DNA from: Phyllobates terribilis
Taxonomy: Eukaryota
Direction: 5' to 3'
NCBI RefSeq assembly: GCF_046119375.1
Contig: NW_027362772.1
Location: forward strand, 75,206,001-75,270,000
Length of the DNA: 64,000 bases
A program made the translations under genes and the position numbers. Under the pieces are notes generated by a model that searched no databases, had not been told where the DNA came from, and saw nothing but the letters and a program-made list of their open reading frames with translations. How positions within the stretch are numbered: position 1 is the first letter of the stretch; each line of letters begins with the position of its first letter. Positions 1 through 11,368 of the stretch are shown here, piece after piece.

Positions 1-1080
1 GAACCAGCCTTCATTGCCAGATCCCGCAGCCCACATAGACGTCACCTAAACTGCAGGCACCATAGAGTCGGCTAACCCGACCGCAACACGACAGGACAAC
101 GCATTGGAGGCAAAGTGACGTTGACACTACCCGGAAACAGCTGGCGTGCTGGAACCAGGCTGGGCAGGAGGGAGTACCCGTGCCAAAGACACTGCCGAGA
201 ACCAGCTGACGGTACTGGAACCCGGATGGGTAGTAGAAGGTACAAGAGCCAATGGAACTGCCGAAGACCAGCTGACGGTACTGGAACTCGGTTACTAAGC
301 AGGAGGTACCTGTGCCAGAAAGCACTACCAAGGACAAGCAGACGTTGGTGGAACTTGGATACCGAGAAGGAGGCACCTAATCCAAAGGCACTGCCGAGAA
401 CCAGCTGACGGTACTGGAACCCGGATGGGTAGCAGAAGGTACCCATGTAAAAAAAAGTTCAAGGCCGCAAGCCGGCCGCAGTTACCAAAACCCACAGTCC
501 TACCGGGGGTGCTTGTCCTATTGGCACTATGGAACCAGCCTTCATTGCCAGATCCCGCAGCCCACATAGGAGTCACCTAAACTGCAGGCACCATAGAGTC
601 GGCTAACCCGACCGCAACACGACAGGACAACGCATTGGAGGCAAAGTGACGTTGACACTACCCGGAAACAGCTGGCGTGCTGGAACCAGGCTGGGCAGGA
701 GGGAGTACCCGTGCCAAAGTCACTGCCGAGAACCAGCTGACGGTACTGGAACTCGGATGGGTAGTAGAAGGTACAAGAGCAAATTGAACTACCGAGGACC
801 AGCTGACGGTACTGGAACCCGGATGGGTAGCAGAAGGTACAAGAGCCAATGGAACTGCCGAAGACAAGCTGACGGTACTGGAACTCGGTTACTAAGCAGG
901 AGGTACCTGTGCCAGAAAGCACTACCAAGAACCAGCAGACGGTGGAACTTGGATACCGAGAAGGAGGCACCTAATCCAAAGGCACTGCCGAGAACCAGCT
1001 GACGGTACTGGAACCCGGATGGGTAGTAGAAGGTACAAGAGCAAATGGAACTACCGAGAACCAGCTGGCGGTGCTGCAAC
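1..1080. repeat. Tandem array of ~66-bp subunits organised as a ~531-bp higher-order duplication, inside hAT element A
   Basis: Core CCGAGAACCAGCTGACGGTACTGGAAC recurs at ~66-nt spacing (e.g. 192/258 and 723/789/855). Positions 1-470 recur at 532-1060, and near-identical spurious ORFs are offset by 531. Confidence 0.9.
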
Positions 1081-3727
1081 CCAGGGTAAATACTAAAAAC
1101 AGAGTGGATCCAGAGGTGTAATTGGAGCAAGTTTTAAATCAGTAGTACAGTGGATGTGGACAAAGCAGGAGAATTTGCCGGACACACAGCAGGGGAACAG
1201 CTGACGTTACTGAATCCCAATAACACTGGAGCAAGCGTTGACTGTGCAGACGGCACTTCTGAGCAGCAACTAGCGGTATTGGAGCCCAGGGTAAATACTA
1301 AAAACAGAGGAGCCAGAGGTGTATTTGGAGGAGGTTTTAAATCAGTAGTACAGTGGATGTGGACAGAGCAGGAGAAATTGCCGTCCGCACAGCAGGGGAA
1401 CAGCTGACGTTACTGAACCCCAATAACACGGCAGCAAGTGTTGACTGTGCAGACGGCACTTCCGAGCGCCAACTGGCGGTGTTGGAGCTCAGGGATAATA
1501 CTGAAAACAGAGGAGCCAGAGGTGTAATTGGAGCAACTTTAAAATCAGTAGTAGTGAGAATGTGGACAGAGCAGGAGAAATTGCCGTCCGCACAGCAGGG
1601 GAACAGCTGACGTTACTGAACCCCAATGACACGGCAGCAAGTGTTGACTGTGCAGATGGCACTTCCGAGCACCAACTGGCGGTGTTGGAGCTCAGGGATA
1701 ATACTGAAAACAGAGGAGCCAGAAGTGTATTTGGAGGAGGTTTTAAATCAGTAGTACAGTGGATGTGGACAGAGCAGGAGAAATTGCCGTCTGCACAGCA
1801 GGGGAACAGCTGACGTTACTGAACCCCAATAACACGGCAGCAAGTGTTGACTGTGCAGACGGCACTTCCGAGCGCCAACTGGCGGTGTTGGAGCTCAGGG
1901 ATAATACTGAATACAGAGGAGCCAGAGGTGTAATTGGAGCAACTTTAAAATCTGTAGTAGTGAGAATGCGGACAGAGCAGGAGAAATTGCCGTCCGCACA
2001 GCAGGGGAACAGCTGACGTTACTGAACCCCAATGACACGGCAGCAAGTGTTGACTGTGCAGACGGCACTTCCGAGCGCCAACTGGCGGTGTTGGAGCTCA
2101 GGGATAATACTGAAAACAGAGGAGCCAGAAGTGTATTTGGAGGAGGTTTTAAATCAGTAGTACAGTGGATGTGGACAGAGCAGGAGAAATTGCCGTCCGC
2201 ACAGCAGGGGAACAGCTGATGTTACTGAACCCCAATAACACGGCAGCAAGTGTTGACTGTGCAGACGGCACTTCCGAGCGCCAACTGGCGGTGTTGGAGC
2301 TCAGGGATAATACTGAAAACAGAGGAGCCAGAGGTGTAATTGGAGCAACTTTAAAATCTGTAGTAGTGAGAATGTGGACAGAGCAGGAGAAATTGCCGTC
2401 CGCACAGCAGGGGAACAGCTGACGTTACTGAACCCCAATGACACGGCAGCAAGTGTTGACTGTGCAGACGGCACTTCCGAGCGCCAACTGGCGGTGTTGG
2501 AGCTCAGGGATAATACTGAAAACAGAGGAGCCAGAGGTGTAATTAGAGCAACTTTAAAATCTGTAGTAGTGAGAATGTGGACAGAGCAGGAGAAATTGCC
2601 GTCCGCACAGCAGGGGAACAGCTGACGTTACTGAACCCCAATAACATGGCAGCAAGTGTTGACTGTGCAAACGGCACTTCCGAGCGCCAACTGGCGGTGT
2701 TGGAGTTCAGGGATAATACTGAAAACAGAGGAGCCAGAGGTGAATTTGGAGGAGGTTTTAAATCAGTAGTACAGTGGATGCGGACAGAGCAGGAGAAAGT
2801 GCCGTCCGCACAGCAGGGGAACAGCTGACGTTACTGAACCCCAATAACACGGCAGCAAGTGTTGACTGTGCAGATGGCACTTCCGAGCGCCAACTGGCGG
2901 TGTTGGAGCTCAGGGATAATACTGAAAACAGAGGAGCCAGAGGTGTAATTGGAGCAACTTTAAAATCAGTAGTAGTGAGAATGTGGACAGAGCAGGAGAA
3001 ATTGCCGTCCGCACAGCAGGGGAACAGCTGACGTTACTGAACCCCAATAACACGGCAGCAAGTGTTGACTGTGCAGACGGCACTTCCGAGCACCAACTGG
3101 CGGTGTTGGAGCTCAGGGATAATACTGAAAACAGAGGAGCCAGAGGTGTAATTGGAGCAACTTTAAAATCTGTATTAGTGAGAATGTGGACAGAGCAGGA
3201 GAAATTGCCGTCCGCACAGCAGGGGAACAGCTGACGTTACTGAACCCCAATGACATGGCAGCAAGTGTTGACTGTGCAGACGGCACTTCCGAGCACCAAC
3301 TGGCGGTGTTGGAGCTCAGGGATAATACTGAAAACAGTGGAGCCAGAGGTGTAATTGGAGCAACTTTAAAATCTGTATTAGTGAGAATGTGGACAGAGCA
3401 GGAGAAATTGCCGTCCGCACAGCAGGGGAACAGCTGACGTTACTGAACCCCAATGACATGGCAGCAAGTGTTGACTGTGCAGACGGCACTTCCGAGCGCC
3501 AACTGGCGGTGTTGGAGCTCAGGGATAATACTGAAAACAGAGGAGCCAGAGGTGTAATTGGAGCAACTTTAAAATCTGTAGTAGTGAGAATGTGGACAGA
3601 GCAGGAGAAATTGCCGTCCGCACAGCCGGGGAACAGCTGACGTTACTGAACCCCAATGACACGGCAGCAAGTGTTGACTGTGCAGACGGCACTTCCGAGC
3701 GCCAACTGGCGGTGTTGGAGCTCAGGG
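1050..3727. repeat. 203-bp tandem repeat, ~13 copies, in the 3' region of hAT element A
   Basis: Unit (...GGGAACAGCTGACGTTACTGAACCCCAAT...GGCACTTCCGAGCGCCAACTGGCGGTGTTGGAGCTCAGGG...) repeats with period 203. Repeat-derived ORFs start at 1150, 1353, 1759, 2165, 2774 etc. Confidence 0.97.
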
Positions 3728-3792
3728 ATTACAGTTGAGGTGGTAGAAACATGAACAGAACAGGAGACCTGGATACTTTTGCCAACAATTAT

Positions 3793-6700
3793 TTATTCTG
3801 GAAGAGGACTGGCAAATTCATGAGAGATCCAGGCCTTGTTCATTATGAGAAAAGTAAGCCGGTCAACGTTATCGGAGGATAGTCGCATGCGACAGTCTGT
3901 TAGTACACCACCTGCGGCACTAAAGACGCGTTCCGATAATACACTAGCAGCAGGGCAAGCTAGCACCTCCAATGCATACTGACTTAGCTCTGGCCATGTA
4001 TCTAGCTTACAGACCCAAAACTTGAAGGGAGAAGAGCCGTCTGGGAGTACACTAAGAGGGCAAGACTTGTAGTCTGTCAGCATCTGACGGAAACGTTGCC
4101 TCCTGCTGACTGGAGCCGTCTGTGATGGTGTAGACATTTGTGGCGGCGGGGACACAAAACTTTGCCACATTTCGGCCATACTGGTCTTGCCTTGTGCTGA
4201 GGCGCTGCTTCTTCTCCCTCTTTGTGCAGAGCTTCCTCCACTGCCTTGACGCACTGAGCTGCTTTGTAAAGCACTAGCAGCACTGCTCTCGGTTGGAATG
4301 GAGAACATGATGGAATGCACCAGTGCGTCTTGGTACTCCCGCATTTTACGCTCCCGGTTCAACGGTGTTATGAGGCTTTGTAAGTTGTCCCGGTAGCGAG
4401 GATCTAGGAGGGTGGACACCCAATAATCAGCCGTGTTGAGAATGTGGGCGATGCGGCGGTCGTTTCTCAGGCACTGCAGCATGAAATCAACCATGTGCTG
4501 CAGACTGCCAACTGGCCAAGAAACGCTGTCCCCTGCTTGAGGCGTGATCTCTGCCTGCTCTGCATCACCCCACCCTCGCTCTAGATACTGACTACTAGAG
4601 CATTGTGTACCTCCCTCCTCTGGACAGATGTCTTCCTCATCCATTGACTCCTCCTCATCCTCCTCACAAAGTGTCCCCTGCCTAGGCCTTTGTGAGGAAC
4701 CACGTTGCGCAGACTGTAGAGAAGCAGATGGCATTTGTGACTCCTCATCCTCCACCTCTTCCAAAACCTCGTCCCTTAGTGCTTGCAGTGTTTTTTCAAG
4801 CAGGCAGATAAGGGGGATAGTCATGCTGACTAGTGCATCATCTGCACTCGCCATCCGCGTGGAATAATCGAAGGCACGCAAAACGTGGCAAATGTCCTTC
4901 ATAGAGGCCCACTCAGTGGTGGTGAAGTGTGAACGGCGCGCACTGCGACTTGTTTGCGCCTGCTGCAGCTGGTACTCCATTACTGCTGCCTGCTGCTCAC
5001 ACAACCTCTCCAACATATGTAACGTTGAATTCCACCTGGTGGGTAGGTCACATATGATGCGATGTTCCGGAAGACGTAATCGGCGCTGCAGAGCTGCAAT
5101 GCGTGATCTTGCATTGCTGGAACGCTGCAAGTGAGCGCACTCTATGCGGACCTTGTGAAGCAGTGCATCAAGATCCGGATAGTCCCTCAAAAAACTCTGC
5201 ACGACCAAGTTGAGCACATGTGCCAGACATGGGATGTGAGTGAGGTTGCCTAGGCCCAGAGCTGCCACCAGATTTCGGCCATTGTCACACACTACCATGC
5301 CTGGCTGGAGATTCGCTGGCACAAACCACACGTTGCTCTGCTGCTTGATGGCATTCCAGAGCTCCTGCGCTGTGTGGCTTCAATTCCCCAAAGAAATTAA
5401 TTTTAATACGGCCTGTTGACGTTTGGCCACGGCTGTGCTCATATTGGTCACCATAACAGGTAACCGTTCACGGGTCGATGTGGAGGTAGACCGTGACGGC
5501 TCCTGCAGCGCTGATTCAGAGGAACTGGAGTATGAGGAGGAGTCAATGTGTACAGACTGGATTCCTGCAATCCTTGGAGTTGGCAGAACACGTACAGCGC
5601 CACTCTCAAGATCTGTACCCGGCTCCACAACATTTACCCAATGGGCAGTGAGGGAAAGGTATCGTCCCTGTCCATGCTTACTGGTCCACGCATCGGTTGT
5701 CAGGTGGACCTTGCTACTGACGGCGTTTTGTAGCGCATGTTTAATTTTTCCCTCCACATGATGTTGCAGGGCAGGGACGGCTTGCCTGCTGAAATAAAAT
5801 CGGCTGGGCACGTTGTATTGTGGGACTGCCAATGCCATAAAGTTACGGAATGTGTCAGTCTCCACCAGCCTGAATTATAGCATTTCAAGGGCCAGTAGTT
5901 TAGCAATGCCAGCATTCAGAGCCTGTGCTCGGGGGTGGTTTGCCGAGTATGGGCGCCTTTTCTCCCATGCCTGTGCTAACGATGGCTGTAGACTGGCCTG
6001 GGAGTGTGAGGATGACTGGGAAAGTGGTGCTGTGGGTGGAATTACACTGTGTCTCTGTACAACAGTGCCAGAGATTCTTCCATGGCGATCCTGTGAGGAA
6101 GCCGAACCAGCTGTGTGTGAGCTGGAGGAAGAGGCTACAACACAAGCTGAAGAGGTGGTAGGTGGCGCTGTAGGTTGGCCTAGGTCTTCAGTGTGTTTTT
6201 GTAACTCCACCACGTGCTTGGTCCGCACATGTTTCCACATATTTGTGGTATTGAGGTTGCTGACACTTTTCCCTCTTTTCACCTTCTGATTACACAGCTT
6301 GCATTTGACAAAGCAAATGTCATCTGCAACTGTGTCAAAAAAGGACCAGGCACTGCAAGTCTTGGGAGCGCCCGCTTTGGATTTTGGAAGAGCCATGCTC
6401 CTAATGGGTGCCGAAGTGGAGGCTACAGGCAACCAAGTCTGCCCCCTCCCTCTCCCTCCTATTTGGGCTGTTCGGGGAATCTCTTCCTCAGAGCTGCTCC
6501 CACAACCTTCCTGTCCCTCACGCCATGATGGGTCAAGGACCTCATCATCTACACCACCCTCTTCAAACAACTGCTTCTCCTGGGTAGTCTCGACAGCACA
6601 GTACGCACCAGAAAGTGGCACCTGAGTCTCATCATCAGATGCGTACTGAGGTGTGCTGCTGACCATAGGCACTGGCCCACCCGCCTCTTCAGATTCAGAG

Positions 6701-6886
6701 AGACAAAACGGTTGCGCATCACTGCATACTACCTCTTCTTCAAATTCTCGAATTCTGCTTGGCTGGCCCCCTCTTTCCAAGCCAAGAGATTCAGAGAACA
6801 GAAGTAGAGATGGCTCCTGTCCAGGGCTCTCTGACTGCCTGGGCAATTTGGCAGGTGGTGAAGAGACAGATGGGTGCTCTTCAGTG
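3793..6886 (-). pseudogene. hAT transposase of element A, main part (BED zinc finger, DDE core, hATC dimerisation domain), with two in-frame nonsense codons
   Basis: ORFs 5875..7068, 5380..5865 and 3793..5331 share one frame, separated by TAA (5875-5877) and TGA (5380-5382). Motifs: AWSFF..C..C..(NMWKH)..KH BED finger, HLTTDAW, VCDNGRN, CLAHVLNLVV, PTRWNST, WPEL..YALEVLACPAASVLSERVFS. Confidence 0.95.
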
Positions 6887-7395
6887 CTCAGGACTAGTGT
6901 TGAGCCACCCCCGTAGTGTTCGAGTTCGGTTCGGTTCGTCGAACACCCGTGTGTTCGCCGAACTGTTCGTCGAACTGTTCGTCGAACACCTTCGAACACC
7001 GTTAAAACCAATGGCAGGCAAACAAAAACACATAGAAACACATAGAAAACACCTTCAAAGGTGTCCAAAAGCTGACAAACTGCTCAGAAGACACAACTAA
7101 CACATGGAAAAGTGACAAGTACATATAGTCATGCGAAAAGAAAAGAGGTGGAGGAGTAAAAGGAGGGGGAGACACAGATATAGGCATGTCATGCCCTTCT
7201 AAAATCCAAAAAGTGAGAAGCCGAGACGGCCAGTCCGCTCCTGCCCGTGCCACCTCCGTGTCGCCGGGTTTGTGCCAGAGGCGCGGTGGACCCTGACGGC
7301 CAGCCCCCCTCTCCCAATACTGGTGCCTGTCCGCTGGTGGGTCGAGAGAGCCCCCCTGTGGTGGAGGCAGCTCTAAGCTTTTTAATTTAAATTGT

Positions 7396-7672
7396 CCCTC
7401 TAATTTGAATGAATACACTTTAAATCCATTTACAAGGATCTATTGGAGGGCAAGTCTCATGCCAGCAGCCGCGTAATTCCAGCTCCAGTAGCGTCCACTA
7501 AAGCTGCTGCAGTTAAAAAGCTTTTATAAGGATCGAGCTCGGCTGTCCACCGCAAGGCATCCTAGTGCCAGTCCCAGCCCCTATGCCTTGGGGTGCCTCC
7601 TGATGCTCTTCACTAAGTATCCCGTGGTCCCGAAGCATTTCCTTTGAAAAAATTAAGTGTCCAAACTACAGG
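7396..7672 (+). pseudogene. Degenerate 18S rRNA fragment (around helix 18 to the start of V4) inside hAT B
   Basis: GAATGAATACACTTTAAATCC..GGATCTATTGGAGGGCAAGTCT..TGCCAGCAGCCGCGTAATTCCAGCTCC..GCTGCAGTTAAAAAGCT..GGATCGAGCT..GTCCCAGCCCCT..GATGCTCTT..CCCGAAGC..CTTTGAAAAAATTA matches vertebrate 18S as I recall it, with many substitutions and small indels. Confidence 0.93.
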
Positions 7673-7778
7673 TGGTGTAGCTTGCTTAACAGCCGGGATA
7701 ATCCGCTGACTAGCAGACACTGCTACTAGGCACAAAGTATTTCCTGGGCTAGATGCAGTTAAAAATTTGTAAGTAGAT

Positions 7779-9595
7779 ACTCTCGTTGGATGCTGAGAAA
7801 GCATTCCATAGAGTCTCCTGGCACGCCATATATGATTCTCTTAAAAAGCTTGGGGTAGGGGTCTAGGGGACCCTTTTATAGCCAAAATCACGGCCCTGTA
7901 TCACAATACGTCACCTAGGCTGAAGATAAATGGAACTGTAGCACCGAGGGCTCGGTTGCTACAGACGTATTGCACCTCACCCAGAGGTGTGATATCTCAC
8001 TCTCAGATAAGGATGGAGTGTGGATCAGGACCCGACACCTGCATACATTACACCACATTGCCGTGGGGCAGGGCGACCAATATGCCCCTGAGATGGGCAC
8101 GACAGTCCCTGTCCCTGGCTGGAGTGGGGGGAGGGAACACTGAGGAAGGGGAACCCTGCAGTGCAGGAGCAGGGAGGAAGCAGTTCCTGGGTGCATTGAG
8201 AAGGGAGTATAAAAGGTGGGCACCATCTTAGTTCAGTGCAGAGAAGTCTGAGCAGAAGTGGCAGGGAGCAGGGGCTCTGCATGAGCTCTGCTCCGGAGGC
8301 GGGCCTAGTAACAGAGGCCCAGGCCTGCAAGAGGGAGAAGGAAGGAAGAGGAGCGGAGAAGGCTCCAGGAACGAGGAATGAAGGGATCCCAGGGGTGCGG
8401 ACGGGCGAGTCGCCACCGCACGCCCGAATCCACCTGCGTGGAGGGGTCAGGCCAAAGGGGGAGACCGGTCCCCGAACTAGTGGAGGCAGGAAACGACCCT
8501 CAGCTAGAAACCGGAGGCTCTGACATTTTATGTGGCGCAGCCCCTTGCTCCACCCGCTAGGAAGGCACCACATAGGGTCAGGGAAACTGGCGCCAAGTTT
8601 ACCAAGAGGAGGCCCGAGGCAGCCGGACAGAAGTGTTGGTAAGAAAGGCCAGACAAAGGACACACAAAGGGGGTCCTGTGAAGCGCTCCAAAGTTATCTG
8701 GGAGTTGTCTGAGCCCCTCACCTGGTGAGCACAGTACGACGTGGGCAGCCGTTACCTGCAGACGTGGTCTGGATAATAAGAACTGTGAGTAAAGGCCCTG
8801 AACTGCATCACTGACTCCGTGTCGTTACTGCTGCTGCCCTGCACCATCACCCCCATCCTCCGCATACACTGCCCTGAGGCTATACTCCTCCCGTGGGGAG
8901 TTATGCTACGCTCTGCTGCACCCACAACACCAGCCTTAGCGGTCTGCCCTGTAGCGGCGGTTCACTCTGACCGCAATCCACGGGTGGCGTAGTCGGACAT
9001 TTAAACATCAAAACCACATAAATAGTTCCGCCACTGGTTTGACCGCCCTGAGCCACGGAACCGGATCGCCGCCACGAAGACTACAACCACCAGCATCCAC
9101 CAAAAAGTGTCCGGCTCCGGGTGTCCCAAGGCCCAGGGGGTGCGTCAGAACATTTTCATCACCTTTCACAATCACCAATGGGACAAGGCAGGGATGTCCT
9201 CTGTCCCCTCTCTTATACATCCTAGTGACGGAGCACCTGCTCTCATCAATTCGCCATAACCCCAATATTAGGTGGATTGAGGTGGGAGGCACCGAGTACA
9301 AGTGCTCTCTATTTGCTGATGATGTCCTAGTATATATCACTCAATCACATATATCCATCCCTGCTGTTATGGCTGAAATAGATCACTTTGTTACATGGTA
9401 AAATTTTAAAATCAATGCAGCGAAGTCTGAGGCCCTCGATGTCTCCCTCCCTAAATCCATATAGGATTCCATCCAGTCCAACTTTCCCTTTGCCTGGCCC
9501 TCACAGGGTATCAAATACTTAGGAATTCCTATTCATAGAGACCTCTCCCATCTATGTTATCTTAATTTTGGGCCCTTTATTGAACAATTCCATAC
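7779..9595 (+). mobile_element. L1-clade LINE ORF2 reverse-transcriptase fragment (7779-7936 plus 9152-9595), truncated at both ends and split by a solo LTR
   Basis: Translation across the LTR: LSLDAEKAFHRVSW...RLKINGT|FSSPFTITNGTRQGCPLSPLLY...SLFADDVLVY...KINAAKSE...IKYLGI. No poly(A) tail. Confidence 0.9.
7937..9147 (+). mobile_element. Solo LTR (1211 bp) with 4-bp TSD, inserted in the L1 fragment
   Basis: TGTAGCACC...GGGTGCGTCA termini, GAAC on both sides (7933-7936, 9148-9151), TATAAAA at 8208-8214. The 3' ~350 bp are homologous to the LTR at 57874-58895. Confidence 0.9.
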
Positions 9596-9598
9596 AGA

Positions 9599-11160
9599 CC
9601 ACGGTTGGCAAGTTAGAACTATAAGATTCACTACGTGAACCACTGGTGTTTTGTGGAAAAGCACATGTACACCGCGTTCCAAATTATTATGCAAAAAGTG
9701 TTTAGGAGTGATAAGGGAAGAATTTGTTTGTTTGTCAGTTAAACTCATTGATGGTGATGTGTGTCAGGGCTCTTTATATCACTGTAAGCAATTGCAGACA
9801 CCTGTGCTAATTAGTTTGGCAGGTGTGTCCAATGAAAGGCAAGACTACTTAAGAAGGCTCTCTCACATTATTAAGCAGCCTACATTTTCTGCCAAAATGG
9901 GAAAGAAAAAGGATGTGTCGGCTGCTGAGAAGCAACAAATTGTGGAGTGTTTAGGTCAAGGCATGACTACAATCAACATTGTGCGATGATCAGGATGAAG
10001 TGTCTTGGCAATCAAGAAGTATGTAGCTGATTCACAGTACACACGTGTGCGTGCTGATAAGGGCAAATTGAGGACTCTTTCCTACAGGCAATTACGTCAG
10101 GTTGAAACAGCAGCGGCAAAAAAGCCTTGTCATAGCAGCAGACAAGTTTTTGAAGCTGCTTGTGCCTCCAACGTCCCCCGAACAACAAGATGCAGGGTCC
10201 TTCAGAGGTTTGCAGCTGTGCATATGCCATCCTGTCGACCTCCTCTATCCACTTCACACAAGCAGAAACGGCTCCAGTGGGCCAAACATTACATGAAGAC
10301 TGATTTCAAAACTGTTTTGTTCACGGATGAGTGCCGTGCAGCGCTCGATGGTCCAGATGAATGGAGTGGAGGATGGCTGGTTGATGGACACCCCACGCAA
10401 ACACGGCTACAGCACCAACAAGGAGGAGGTGGAGTAATGTTTTGGGCTGGAATCATGGGGAGAGAGATTGTCGGCCCCTTTAGGATCCCTGAAGGCGCTA
10501 AAGATGAACTCCATAATGTATGTGGATTTTCTCAAACAGCACTTCCTGCCATGGTTCAAGAAGAAGAACCGTGTATTTCACAGCAAGATCATTTTTCTGC
10601 ATGATAATGCACCATCTCATGCTGCACATAAAACATCTGCATCTCTGGCTGATATGGGCATAAAAGGGGACAAACTTATGGTGTGACCCCCATGCTCCCC
10701 TGACCTCTACCCCATTCAGAACCTTTGGAGCATCATTAAAAGGAGTGTCTATGATGGCGGGAGGCAGTTCACATCTAAGCAACAGCTCTGGGAGGGTATT
10801 CTGTCCTCATGCAAAACAATTGAAGCAGAAACCATCCAAAACCTGACAAATTCAATGGACGAGAGAGTTCAGAAGCTCCTTTCGAACAAGGGGTCCTATG
10901 TGAAAATGTAACATCACCTAGAATAAAGTTTTGAGTTGAAAACTGTTTGATTTCAGTTTCTAACAACCTGCTAATGCTTATAATTTCAAAAATGACCATT
11001 TTTTTGGTCTTTATTAAAATGAAAAGGTTGATCGAAAAGTTTGGGGGATCTAAGAGTGTGGCAACCCAGTAGTCATGATTACTTCGAATTCTGACAATAT
11101 GAGGGTCATGCTGCAGGTAGTGCAGCAAGAAGGCACTTATGTGTCTTGCGCATCTCGGAG
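9599..11160 (-). pseudogene. Second, diverged fragment of a B-like hAT transposase (9599-9669 plus 11045-11160), interrupted by a Tc1 element
   Basis: 9599-9669 aligns to 11820-11891 and 11045-11160 aligns to ~11980-12096. Translation LLHYLQHDPHIVRIRSNHDYWVATLLDP versus LLHYLQHDPRIVRIRNNPDYWVATLLDP in the intact ORF. Confidence 0.88.
9670..11040 (+). mobile_element. Tc1-like DD37E (TRT-type) transposon, defective, right TIR deleted; transposase remnant 9897-10911
   Basis: TA then TIR CACCGCGTTCCAAATTATTATGCAAA. Motifs LFTDECR, QGGGGVMFWAG, HDNAPSH...SPDLYPIQ with 37 residues between the second D and the E position (mutated to Q). Frameshifts and a TGA in place of W. Confidence 0.85.
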
Positions 11161-11368
11161 CCCCAAAATTATTTTCCGGGCTAGATGCAGCTAAAAATTA
11201 TTTTTAATTTTAAATCTGGTGAAGCTTATTATAGATGGCCTAATAGGATCAGTGCTGCACACTGCTACAAAGCCCAAATTATTTTCCAGTCAAGATACAG
11301 ATAAACATGATTAGTAATTTGAAAGCTTAAAACGGTTGGTAGGGTGATTTTAACCAATCATCAAGCTT

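Noticed and set aside
190-1060. CRISPR-like pattern: ~27-nt repeat with ~39-nt variable spacers
   Set aside because: The spacers are homologous to each other and recur, there are no cas genes, and the context is a vertebrate transposon. It is a diverged 66-bp tandem repeat.
1150-3640. Series of 83-85-aa ORFs (MDVDRAGE...)
   Set aside because: By-product of the 203-bp repeat. The unit length is not a multiple of 3 and there is no domain similarity.
5380-5382. In-frame TGA as selenocysteine or programmed readthrough
   Set aside because: Most simply a CGA>TGA CpG decay. The same gene also has a TAA and a 9.7-kb insertion.
6895-7068. ORF-track N-terminus MDTFEGVFY... of ORF 5875..7068
   Set aside because: This is read-through from B's terminal sequence. 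The real N-terminus is at 16893.
7396-7672. Functional 18S rRNA gene or rDNA locus
   Set aside because: Only ~280 bp, with substitutions and deletions in invariant positions and no flanking rDNA.
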